DNA of 26,073 nucleotides from positions 1-26,073 of the IMG/VR virus record IMGVR_UViG_3300008267_001293. The stretch is one strand, 5' to 3'. Shown here piece after piece: positions 8,218 to 16,500 of the stretch (the first letter of the stretch is position 1; each line of letters opens with the position of its first letter). Origin of the DNA: a virus (Duplodnaviria; Caudoviricetes). The notes under the pieces were generated by a model. It searched no databases. It worked only from the letters and a program-made list of their open reading frames with translations, and was not told the DNA's origin. A program made the position numbers and the translations under genes.

Positions 8218-10314
8218 ATGTTAGATCAGTCTTTAATAAAAAGTAATTTTATAGGAAGAGATGGATTTATATGGTGGATTGGACAGGTTCCACCAGAAGG
8301 AAATCATCGTGAACAGATTAATGGTGGTGGATGGAGTCACAGATATAAAGTTCGTATTTTAGGATACGATTCACCAGAATCATCCATACTCCCAGATGAT
8401 AAGCTTCGTTGGGCGCAAGTTATGCTTCCAACAACTGCTGGATCTGGGGGAGCAAATCAGTATACTAGTGTTGCTATCTCACCAGGAGATACTGTTTTTG
8501 GATTTTTCTTAGATGGAAATGATCTCAATGTTCCTGTAATTCTTGGTGTTCTTCCTAGAACTTCACAAGTTTCAACTAATCAATACAGCGAACCATTTGA
8601 ACCATATACTGGTTATACGTCTAAAATTGATAATGACGGTGCATATATTGTCAAAAGTGAGTCAAATGAAAATAATACAAACTCACAAAAATCTCCAAGA
8701 ACTGTAAGTCCAAAACAAGCAAAACAAATTGGACCTAATGAGAGATCTGCATATAGTGCCATTGGAGATGTTATAAAAGCAGCATCTGGTTCTAGTTCTA
8801 GCACGATAAGTAAGATCTCGACAGAAGTTGATAATTTTGTTAATAAAGTGCAGACAATAACTGATAAAGTTTCTGGTGCAATTGGTAATACAAAAGCATT
8901 AATTAATGCTGAGATTAATAAAATCACTGCAAAAATACAAAAAATATCAAGTGGTTTAATCAATGGAATGGTGAACAATCTATATAAAAATCTTGCACCA
9001 GTTTTAAATTCTGGACTAAAATTATTGTATAAAACAGTTTATACTCTTGTATTTGCAGCAACTCAAAATGACTTAGTTGCTCATAAAGCAGGAGTTGCTG
9101 CACAGACAGCAATGGTAGCACCAGTGAATGCAATTCAGAAAGCATTACCTTGTATTGTCAATTCTGTTATTAGTACTATTGGAAATATAATTAAAGGTCT
9201 TATCCGTTCAGTTGCAGACAATGTTACTAATTTTGTGAGTTGCATTTCAGACCAGTTTATTGGTGGTCTTATGAATCATATTATAGGTAGTGTAGATTCT
9301 ATATTAACACCACTTCTTGGTGCAGTAGATAAAATTTTGATGGGATTTGATGCAGTAGAATTTCTAAGATCAAGTGCAGAAGGATTACTAAGCGGAAAAC
9401 TCAATCTTTCGTGCAATGAAATTTCTCCCAACTTCAATTCACCAACTAATCAATGGGTAATTGGTAAAGGTGCCAAAGAAGAGCCAGGTGTTTCATTATC
9501 TGATATTTTAGATTCTGCAAATACAGCAGCTTCCATTGCAAAATCATTTATTGATGGTGGAGGAGAAATTGGTGATATAGCTAGAAGTGTTGGATCTCTT
9601 GATTTTACAAATTCAAGTTTTTCTACGGCAGGATTTAAAGGTTTAGTTTCTGATTGTTATGGAGGACCCCGATTAAATTGTGGTGGACCTAAGGTTAAAA
9701 TATTTGGAAGTAATGGTAGTGGGGCTGTTGGAAAAGCAATTTTAGGATCTATTGTTGGTGATGGAGCAGATGTAACTGGAAGTCTTATCGGAATTGATAT
9801 AATTGATGGAGGTTCTGGTTATGATTTTCCACCATTTGTTGAAATTGTGGATGATTGTAATCAAGGATATGGTGCAATCGCAAGAGCAGTAATTGATTAT
9901 GATGAAGAATCTCCTACTTATAAACAAGTCATAGACATTTACATTGTTTCCGAAGGTGAAAATTACCCAATAGGAGATGTTGAAGAAACAGAGTTGCAAG
10001 AATTCAAATTACCTTACATAATAGATGGTATTATAATTGTGGAATCTGGAACTGGATATACAAATAATGATACAGTAATTGATACTAATAATCCAGAGGT
10101 TGAATATAAAATTCAAGTTGGAACTACAAATGGTGATATCGTTAGAGTATTACCAATAAATAGTGAGACTAGTAACGTTACTGAGGTAAAGGATTTACCT
10201 CTACTTAAAGTTAGGAGTCAAACTGGTTATGGTGCGACATTAAAAGCAAAACTAAAACCAAGAAGGGAATATCAAGGCAAAGTCAAACAACAAATAGATT
10301 GCATTAGTAAATAA
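8218..10314 (+). CDS. gp5: Baseplate hub/spike protein gp5-like (N-terminal OB fold; no T4-lysozyme domain recognised)
   Basis: FIGRDGFIWWIGQV...RYKVRILGY...LRWAQVMLPTTAGSG...GDTVFGFFLDG...PVILG is the gp5 OB-fold signature. Confidence 0.85.
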   Translation: MLDQSLIKSNFIGRDGFIWWIGQVPPEGNHREQINGGGWSHRYKVRILGYDSPESSILPDDKLRWAQVMLPTTAGSGGANQYTSVAISPGDTVFGFFLDGNDLNVPVILGVLPRTSQVSTNQYSEPFEPYTGYTSKIDNDGAYIVKSESNENNTNSQKSPRTVSPKQAKQIGPNERSAYSAIGDVIKAASGSSSSTISKISTEVDNFVNKVQTITDKVSGAIGNTKALINAEINKITAKIQKISSGLINGMVNNLYKNLAPVLNSGLKLLYKTVYTLVFAATQNDLVAHKAGVAAQTAMVAPVNAIQKALPCIVNSVISTIGNIIKGLIRSVADNVTNFVSCISDQFIGGLMNHIIGSVDSILTPLLGAVDKILMGFDAVEFLRSSAEGLLSGKLNLSCNEISPNFNSPTNQWVIGKGAKEEPGVSLSDILDSANTAASIAKSFIDGGGEIGDIARSVGSLDFTNSSFSTAGFKGLVSDCYGGPRLNCGGPKVKIFGSNGSGAVGKAILGSIVGDGADVTGSLIGIDIIDGGSGYDFPPFVEIVDDCNQGYGAIARAVIDYDEESPTYKQVIDIYIVSEGENYPIGDVEETELQEFKLPYIIDGIIIVESGTGYTNNDTVIDTNNPEVEYKIQVGTTNGDIVRVLPINSETSNVTEVKDLPLLKVRSQTGYGATLKAKLKPRREYQGKVKQQIDCISK

Positions 10315-10316
10315 TT

Positions 10317-10868
10317 ATGGCAGAAAGACCGTTAGATAAGCAAAATTGGCAAAGAAGAAAATCTAAATCTTTCAGTCCAAATTTTAGAATTGACACTGGA
10401 AACCCACAAATGGGATTGAATGGTGCCTCAGTTTATGATCTTTATGCAGTAAATGATAATAGAGATGTCTCACTTGTCGGTATGACATTCGGTGGAATGT
10501 TTCATATTTACAATGATCAATCTATTGAGATTATAGGTGGTCAAAAGAGTTCATCAACTGGTGTTGACATCATCATCACAGGAAAAAATGGCGATGTTTG
10601 GATAACTGCCGAAAAAAATGGTCAAGTTAGAATTAGAGGAGCAAATATTACAGTCGATGCCGATGAGAATTTAACTTTAAAAGCTGGAAACAATATCAGA
10701 TTACAAGCTGGAAATAAAATTAATCTTGATAGTAATATTGCTAATTGTGATGCTTTGGCAGGAAATTTGCCCCCACAATCAACAACATTTGGTGGCATCA
10801 CATTTAGTGGGACATATGTTTCTGGCGATTTAGTCAGTTCTACATTTACTGGTGGATTACCATCATAG
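10317..10868 (+). CDS. Probable spike beta-helix protein (gp5 C-terminal-like)
   Basis: Short beta-strand repeats (GDVWITAEKNGQVRIRGANITVDADENLTLKAGNNIRLQAGNKINL) immediately after gp5. Confidence 0.55.
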   Translation: MAERPLDKQNWQRRKSKSFSPNFRIDTGNPQMGLNGASVYDLYAVNDNRDVSLVGMTFGGMFHIYNDQSIEIIGGQKSSSTGVDIIITGKNGDVWITAEKNGQVRIRGANITVDADENLTLKAGNNIRLQAGNKINLDSNIANCDALAGNLPPQSTTFGGITFSGTYVSGDLVSSTFTGGLPS

Positions 10869-10872
10869 TATT

Positions 10873-11523
10873 ATGCCACATTCACCCGAAGATTCCACTT
10901 ATTTCCAACAATCAGTCTTCAATGAAGATGTTTATTTTTATGGAAATGTTTATGGATTAGAAACAGCATTTGTTGGAATTGGATCTACAAGTATTATTTC
11001 AAGAAATAATTCAAAAGTTGAAGTTAATTCAAATGAAACGGTTACAATAACCACAAATAATGTTGGTATCGTTACATTTGCCCAAAACAATATCGGAATT
11101 GCAAATACAATTACCTTTGAAAGAACTGGTATTGTTCAACAACTCTTTGAAAACGTAAATGTATCATCAACTGCTCTAACTGGAACAATCAATCTAGATA
11201 TTCTTTCTGGAACTTTATTTTATTATACTGCTGATGCTTCTGGAAACTGGACTTTCAATATAAGAGGAAATTCTTCTACAACTTTAAATTCCATTCTTCC
11301 AATCGGTAAAAGTGTAACTATTACTGTTCTGAGCACTCAGGGATCAACTGCAAGATATGCGAGTGGATTTACTATTGATGGATCTTCAGTTTCTCCAAAA
11401 TGGCAAGGAGGAACAGCACCAAGTTCTGGATTTACCAGTTCAATTAATGTCTATACATATTCAATTGTAAAGACTGCTAATGCAACATTTACTGTTTTTG
11501 GGTCAATAACTAAATTTGCATAA
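10873..11523 (+). CDS. Virion/tail-fibre-like beta-rich protein
   Basis: Thr/Ser/Asn-rich, with a C-terminal domain TGTINLDIL...GNWTFNIRG...PKWQGGTAP...YTYSIVKT. ATG 10873 preferred to the track's start at 10852, which overlaps the upstream gene. Confidence 0.55.
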   Translation: MPHSPEDSTYFQQSVFNEDVYFYGNVYGLETAFVGIGSTSIISRNNSKVEVNSNETVTITTNNVGIVTFAQNNIGIANTITFERTGIVQQLFENVNVSSTALTGTINLDILSGTLFYYTADASGNWTFNIRGNSSTTLNSILPIGKSVTITVLSTQGSTARYASGFTIDGSSVSPKWQGGTAPSSGFTSSINVYTYSIVKTANATFTVFGSITKFA

Positions 11524-12449
11524 TGCCAATACTTGGAACTTTATCATCACTAGCTGCGAGAGCATATGGTTTTACAACAGGATCTTCCGTAGATTTTTTG
11601 GTATCTCCATCAGTTAGCAGTTTAACTGAGTGGAGTCTTACATTAAACGGAGCATTAATTCTTGATGGTGGAACATCAACTACATATACACTCATTGCTC
11701 AAAGAACTTTTAGCACCACAGTTAAAATGTGGGGACAAGGTGGGCAAGGTGAAGGATTTGGTGGAACTGGCGGTTATTCGACAGGAACTGTTTCATTTTC
11801 ATCGGGACAAACCTATACAATTCAAATGAATACTGGTGGTGGTCCTTCAAGACCTGGAAGTGGAAGTGGACTTAATCGTGGTGAGAGAGGTGGTGGATAC
11901 GCTGGTATGTTCTTTGGACCATCGGTAAGTCAACCTTCTGCAATAATGATGGCTGGTGGTGGTGGAGGTGGTGCTCCTCCTGTTGGTGGATCTGGAAATG
12001 TTAGAGGAGGAGACGGAGGTGCCTTAAACGGAAGCAATGGTGGAAATTCACCAGACTCTGTAACTGGTTCAACAGGTGGTTCTGGCGGCACACAAGGCGG
12101 TGGAGGTGGTGCTGGTAACGGGTCAGGAACCCCAGCAACTCCTGGATCAGCACTACAAGGCGGTACAGGTGGGCAAGGTTCTGGATCATTCCCCAACTGG
12201 TCTGGCGGCGGTGGCGGCGGTGGAGGTTACTTCGGCGGCGGTGGCGGCGGTGGTGGTGATGACTTTGGATCTGGAACCCGCGCAGCATCTGGTGGAGGAG
12301 GTGGATCTGGATACATAAATCCTTCTTATGTAACTGGTGGGGTTACTAGAATTTTTGCTAATACTATTGAGGGTGGATTCAACGATCCCAACAGGGGTCC
12401 TGGTGGCAGCGTGAACGGAAATGCCAGAGTCGTCATCGAACCCACTTGA
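11523..12449 (+). CDS. Glycine-rich virion/adhesin-like protein
   Basis: VKMWGQGGQG...AGGGGGG...GGGGGGGGYFGGGGGGGG...GGGGGSGY polyglycine motifs. TAATG coupling to the previous gene. Confidence 0.65.
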   Translation: MPILGTLSSLAARAYGFTTGSSVDFLVSPSVSSLTEWSLTLNGALILDGGTSTTYTLIAQRTFSTTVKMWGQGGQGEGFGGTGGYSTGTVSFSSGQTYTIQMNTGGGPSRPGSGSGLNRGERGGGYAGMFFGPSVSQPSAIMMAGGGGGGAPPVGGSGNVRGGDGGALNGSNGGNSPDSVTGSTGGSGGTQGGGGGAGNGSGTPATPGSALQGGTGGQGSGSFPNWSGGGGGGGGYFGGGGGGGGDDFGSGTRAASGGGGGSGYINPSYVTGGVTRIFANTIEGGFNDPNRGPGGSVNGNARVVIEPT

Positions 12450-12474
12450 CACCAGACCCAAGACCCCCTATAAT
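12446..12474 (+). promoter_or_regulatory. Consensus sigma70-type (early) promoter
   Basis: TTGACA (12446-12451), 17-nt spacer, TATAAT (12469-12474). Confidence 0.88.
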
Positions 12475-12500
12475 ATGTGGGTAATCAACGGAACCACCTA

Positions 12501-12701
12501 ATGAGCACTGCACAAGAATCTGTTCTGGGCATTGTGATTGATGTCTGCACTCGCTCCTTCCTTCTTATCAGTAATGAGGGTAATGAGAAACTGGTTGAGT
12601 GTGAAACCGTACAAGAGTTTATGAATGTCCTGGAAGTTGTAACTGCAAATCTTGAACCAGATCAAATCGAGTATGCGGATCTTGCAATTTATGGCGAGTG
12701 A
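12501..12701 (+). CDS. Small acidic hypothetical protein (66 aa)
   Basis: MSTAQESVLGIVIDVCTRSFLLISNEG...VECETVQEFMNVL. ATG 12501 lies downstream of the promoter. Confidence 0.75.
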   Translation: MSTAQESVLGIVIDVCTRSFLLISNEGNEKLVECETVQEFMNVLEVVTANLEPDQIEYADLAIYGE

Positions 12702-12717
12702 TGCTATAATATAAATA
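12682..12717 (+). promoter_or_regulatory. Overlapping sigma70 promoter and T4 late promoter
   Basis: TTGCAA (12682-12687), 17 nt including TGn, TATAAT (12705-12710), overlapping a full TATAAATA (12710-12717). Confidence 0.78.
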
Positions 12718-12732
12718 TCCGAAACAACTGAG

Positions 12733-12906
12733 ATGGAAGTTTTCACAGTGGATGAGTTTCAAGAGCGTTTTGACGAACTTGTAGAGAGAGTTGAAAACGG
12801 AGAGCATATAGGTATTGTTGACGAAAACGGGAAAGCAGCAGTTATGATTCCCGCCGATGAGGATCTGATACGAATACACACTGAGTTAAACAACGAAGCA
12901 CCCTGA
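12733..12906 (+). CDS. Phd/YefM antitoxin-like small protein (57 aa)
   Basis: Not in the ORF track: MEVFTVDEFQERFDELVERVENGEHIGIVDENGKAAVMIPADEDLIRIHTELNNEAP matches the Phd pattern (..E....F.EL..RV..GE.I.I...G..AV.IP). Confidence 0.7.
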   Translation: MEVFTVDEFQERFDELVERVENGEHIGIVDENGKAAVMIPADEDLIRIHTELNNEAP

Positions 12907-12920
12907 TCTAAGGGCTTTTT

Positions 12921-12992
12921 GGGGGCATAGCTTAATGGTCAGAGCGGCCTGCTTATAACGGGTTAGTCTGGGTTCAACTCCCAGTGTCCCTA
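12921..12992 (+). tRNA. tRNA-Ile(UAU)
   Basis: Acceptor GGGGGCA/TGTCCCT, anticodon arm GCCTG-CTTATAA-CGGGT, T arm CTGGG-TTCAACT-CCCAG. No encoded CCA. Confidence 0.88.
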
Positions 12993-12994
12993 TC

Positions 12995-13067
12995 GCTCCT
13001 TTAGCAATCTGGTGAATGCAGCGAACTCATAATTCGCCTGAGGCGTGTTCGATCCACGCAAGGAGCA
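12995..13067 (+). tRNA. tRNA with CAU anticodon (elongator Met; Ile2 not excluded)
   Basis: Acceptor GCTCCTT/AAGGAGC, anticodon arm GCGAA-CTCATAA-TTCGC, T arm GCGTG-TTCGATC-CACGC. Confidence 0.88.
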
Positions 13068-13068
13068 C

Positions 13069-13097
13069 TTGGCCATTGAAACTCAAAGAGTTATAAT
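13069..13097 (+). promoter_or_regulatory. Sigma70-type promoter for tRNA-Leu
   Basis: TTGGCC (13069-13074), 17 nt, TATAAT (13092-13097), 10 nt before the tRNA. Confidence 0.6.
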
Positions 13098-13106
13098 GGT
13101 CTCATT

Positions 13107-13179
13107 GGCGGTGTAGCCCAGCGGAAGAGGCAAACGACTTAAAATCGTTCAAGGGTGGGTTCGAATCCCACCACCGCTA
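13107..13179 (+). tRNA. tRNA-Leu(UAA) with short variable loop
   Basis: Acceptor GGCGGTG/CACCGCT plus discriminator A, anticodon arm AACGA-CTTAAAA-TCGTT, T arm GTGGG-TTCGAAT-CCCAC. Confidence 0.88.
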
Positions 13180-13212
13180 TAAAAAATAAATAAGAGATAT
13201 GGGAAAACCCCT

Positions 13213-13518
13213 ATGTCTTATCGTATCGATCACGCATACTGCTGGTATAATGATGGTAGTATGATTGTGAAAATGTACTTCATTAATCACATTCCCTTCA
13301 CATTTGATGAACTACCAGATGGTCACTTATACGATTTAGATCTTTGTAGAGCAGCAGACAAAAATCGTACATTTGAACCAGAAGATTTATATAAAAATTC
13401 TTTCTATCTTATTGATGAAGAAGCACACCCTTGCCTCTTTCCAGTTGAGTTAGAAAACCCAGAAGATATGCCAGAAGAGATAGAATTTGATTATGATGGG
13501 GAGGATTTAATGGGATAA
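13213..13518 (+). CDS. Acidic hypothetical protein of cyanophage type
   Basis: Clean 101-aa ORF (YCWY...IVKMYFINHIPFTFDELP) preceded by TAAATA at 13187-13192. Confidence 0.75.
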   Translation: MSYRIDHAYCWYNDGSMIVKMYFINHIPFTFDELPDGHLYDLDLCRAADKNRTFEPEDLYKNSFYLIDEEAHPCLFPVELENPEDMPEEIEFDYDGEDLMG

Positions 13519-13521
13519 ATA
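13516..13521 (+). promoter_or_regulatory. Late promoter core TAAATA upstream of the giant fibre gene
   Basis: GATAAATAAAA overlapping the upstream stop, 33 nt before ATG 13555. Confidence 0.6.
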
Positions 13522-13554
13522 AAAGATAGAAATATTTCTGGCGAATATAATCCG

Positions 13555-16500
13555 ATGCCTCTTAATAAGTTAGAGAATTTTATCAAGAATACAGAAGGTC
13601 GTATTCTTTATGTTAATCCTAATGATCTTGATGCTACTGATGGTGTCGAGAATCAAGGCAACTCATTAACAAAGCCTTTCAAAACAATTCAAAGAGCACT
13701 GATTGAGTCTGCTAGATTCTCATATCTGAGAGGAAATGATAATGATATTACAGAAAAAACTACAATTCTTCTGTTTCCTGGTGAACACTTAGTTGATAAT
13801 AGACCTGGTTATGCAATTAAAGATAATGGTGGTGTTGCAACAGCAGTAACTCCTAGTGGAACAGAAATGTTCGCTGGTGCAGAACTATCATTAACTCTAA
13901 ACAGCAATTTTGACTTAACTCAGGAAAATAACGTTCTTTATAAATTCAACAGTATCAATGGTGGTGCTGTTGTACCAAGAGGAACATCGATTGTTGGTCT
14001 AGATTTAAGAAAGACTAAGATTCGTCCAAAATATGTTCCAAACCCAACTGATCCTCTTGCACCAACAAGTGCTATTTTTAGAATTACTGGTGCTTGTTAT
14101 TTCTGGCAATTTTCTATCTTTGATGGCAATGAACTTGGTCTAGTATATACAGATCCAAGTGATTTTTCGTCAAATAATCAATCAAGACCTACATTTTCAC
14201 ACCATAAGTTAACTGTATTTGAATATGCAGATGGTGTAAATATCCCAACTGGATATGCAATTACTGACCTTGACATGTATTATAGTAAGGTCAGTAATGC
14301 CTTCAATAGAGCGTCTGGTAGAGAGATTGATCAAAAGTATCCAGCAGAACCAGGTTCTTTCTCAAAGCAAAGACCTGAATGGGAAATCGTTGGTGCATTT
14401 GCTGCCGATCCTATTGCAATTTCAAATATCATTTCTGGTGATGGAGCTTCTCCTGGAACTGTTGTAACTGTTACTACTCAAGTTCCACACGGTTTGACAG
14501 CAGGAACTCCAATTAAGATTCGTGGAATTAATGTAAATGATTACAATATTTCTACAAAAGTTGCACAAGTAGTTAGTGAAACTGTTTTTACATACACACT
14601 TTTAAGTGTAAGGGCAAATCTACCTGCTGGTCCTGCTGCGGGTCTTGGTCCTGGACCAACAGGTGCAGTTATTATTGAAACTGATACTGTTTCTGGTGCT
14701 TCTCCATACATCTTTAACTGTTCGTTGAGATCAGTTTGGGGTATGCAGGGTATGCACGCCGATGGAAGCAAGGCAGCAGGTTTCCGTTCGATGGTTGTTG
14801 CACAGTATACTGCGGTCTCGCTACAAAAAGATGATCGTGCATTTGCAAAGTATAATCCAACAAATAGAACTTTTGATAGTATTGGAATAACAAAAGTCAC
14901 GGGAGAAGCACTTTCATCACAATCATCATCAACTAATCAGGCATTTGTATATCACTTAGATCCTGAGGCGATTTATAGAAAGGGATGGGAAACATCTCAC
15001 ATTAAGTTTACGAATGATGCATTCATTCAGATCGTTTCCGTATTTGCGATTGGATTTACTAGACACTTTGATTCTAAGAGTGGTGGAGATGGATCTATTA
15101 CCAACTCCAACTCAAACTTTGGTCAAATTTCACTCTTTGCTGATGGATTTAAAGCAGCAGCATTTGACAAAGATAATAAAGGTTATGTAACATCTATTGT
15201 TGCTCCAAGAGCAATTGTCAGTCAAGATTCTACCATTGAATGGGTTCAATTTGATGTCACAAAAACAAAAGCAGTTGGAATTAATAACCACCTCTATCTT
15301 CTAGGATATACCAACCAAGATATTCCACCACCAGTTATTTCACAAGGTTATAGAATTGGTGCTAGAATCAATGATCGTGTTTATGTTGATAGCAACTCGA
15401 ATTTTGCAAATATTTTAATGACCAATGGTCCAGTTACTTCTGGATCACCAACTATTTCTGGAACCGATAGTTCTGCAAAGGTTTACAGTACAAGATTAGA
15501 AAATAACTCTAATGGCACTGTTTATACTATTACTGGTGGGCATTCCCTTAAAAATGGTGAATCTATTAAAATCTTCAGTGAAACTGGAGATCTTCCAGAA
15601 GGTCTTGAAGAGAATGTTCTTTACTATGCAATAACTTCTGAGAAGAAGACCTCTTTGGGTGCAACACAGATTCAGATCGCTGCTTCTAGAACCAATGCTT
15701 CTGCACAAATTCCACTAGCAATTACAAGTTACGGTGGTGAGCAACTTAGAATTGAAAGTAGAGTTTGTGATAAAGAAGCTGGTGAACTAGGTCACCCAAT
15801 TCAGTGGGACTCAAATCAAAATCAATGGTTTGTTCATACTAATGCAAATAGTGCATTATATCAGTATATTGATACTCTTACAACTCCTGAAACTGAAATT
15901 TCTTATGTTCTAAGAAAAGAAGATGACAGAAGTTTAGATGAAAAAATCTATAAACTTCGTTATGTTGTTCCAAAAGAACTCGTAAATGGTAGAGCACCTA
16001 GCGAAGGATTTATCATTCAAGATTCAAGCTCTACAAATGTTCGAGAAGATGCTGATTTTACCAAAACTACAATCACAACTTCCGACTACCACTACAACCG
16101 TAATCCAAAATTCATTACTACTTGTACATATGACTCTGGAACTAAACTTGTTACAGTACGGTCAGATGCGACACATAATTTAAAAACAGGTGATAAGATT
16201 ATTGTTAATAATGTTGTAAGTACAACCAATACTTCCGCAGTAAATAATCTTGGATATAATGGAGTATTCACAGTAAATTCCATTATTAATGATAAAACTT
16301 TCACATATAGTGCTATCGATATATTCAATATTACTCATAATCCAGGAACTTTCACCAGTAATATAAATGTAAGATCAAAGGATCTTCCGAGATTCACAAG
16401 AAATGATCTTCTTGATAATCTTTATGTTTATAGATCAGAAGTAGTCACACCATATATCTACAATATTCAAGATGGTGTTTATTACCTATATGTTCTTAAC

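Noticed and set aside
11930-12461. Pro/His-rich ORFs on alternative frames and GGC/GGT repeats as a possible repeat array
   Set aside because: These are by-products of polyglycine codons. There is no repeat-spacer periodicity, so not CRISPR.
12898-12920. CCCT-GATCTA-AGGG followed by a T run as a terminator
   Set aside because: The stem is only about 4 bp and abuts the tRNA 5' end, too weak to call.
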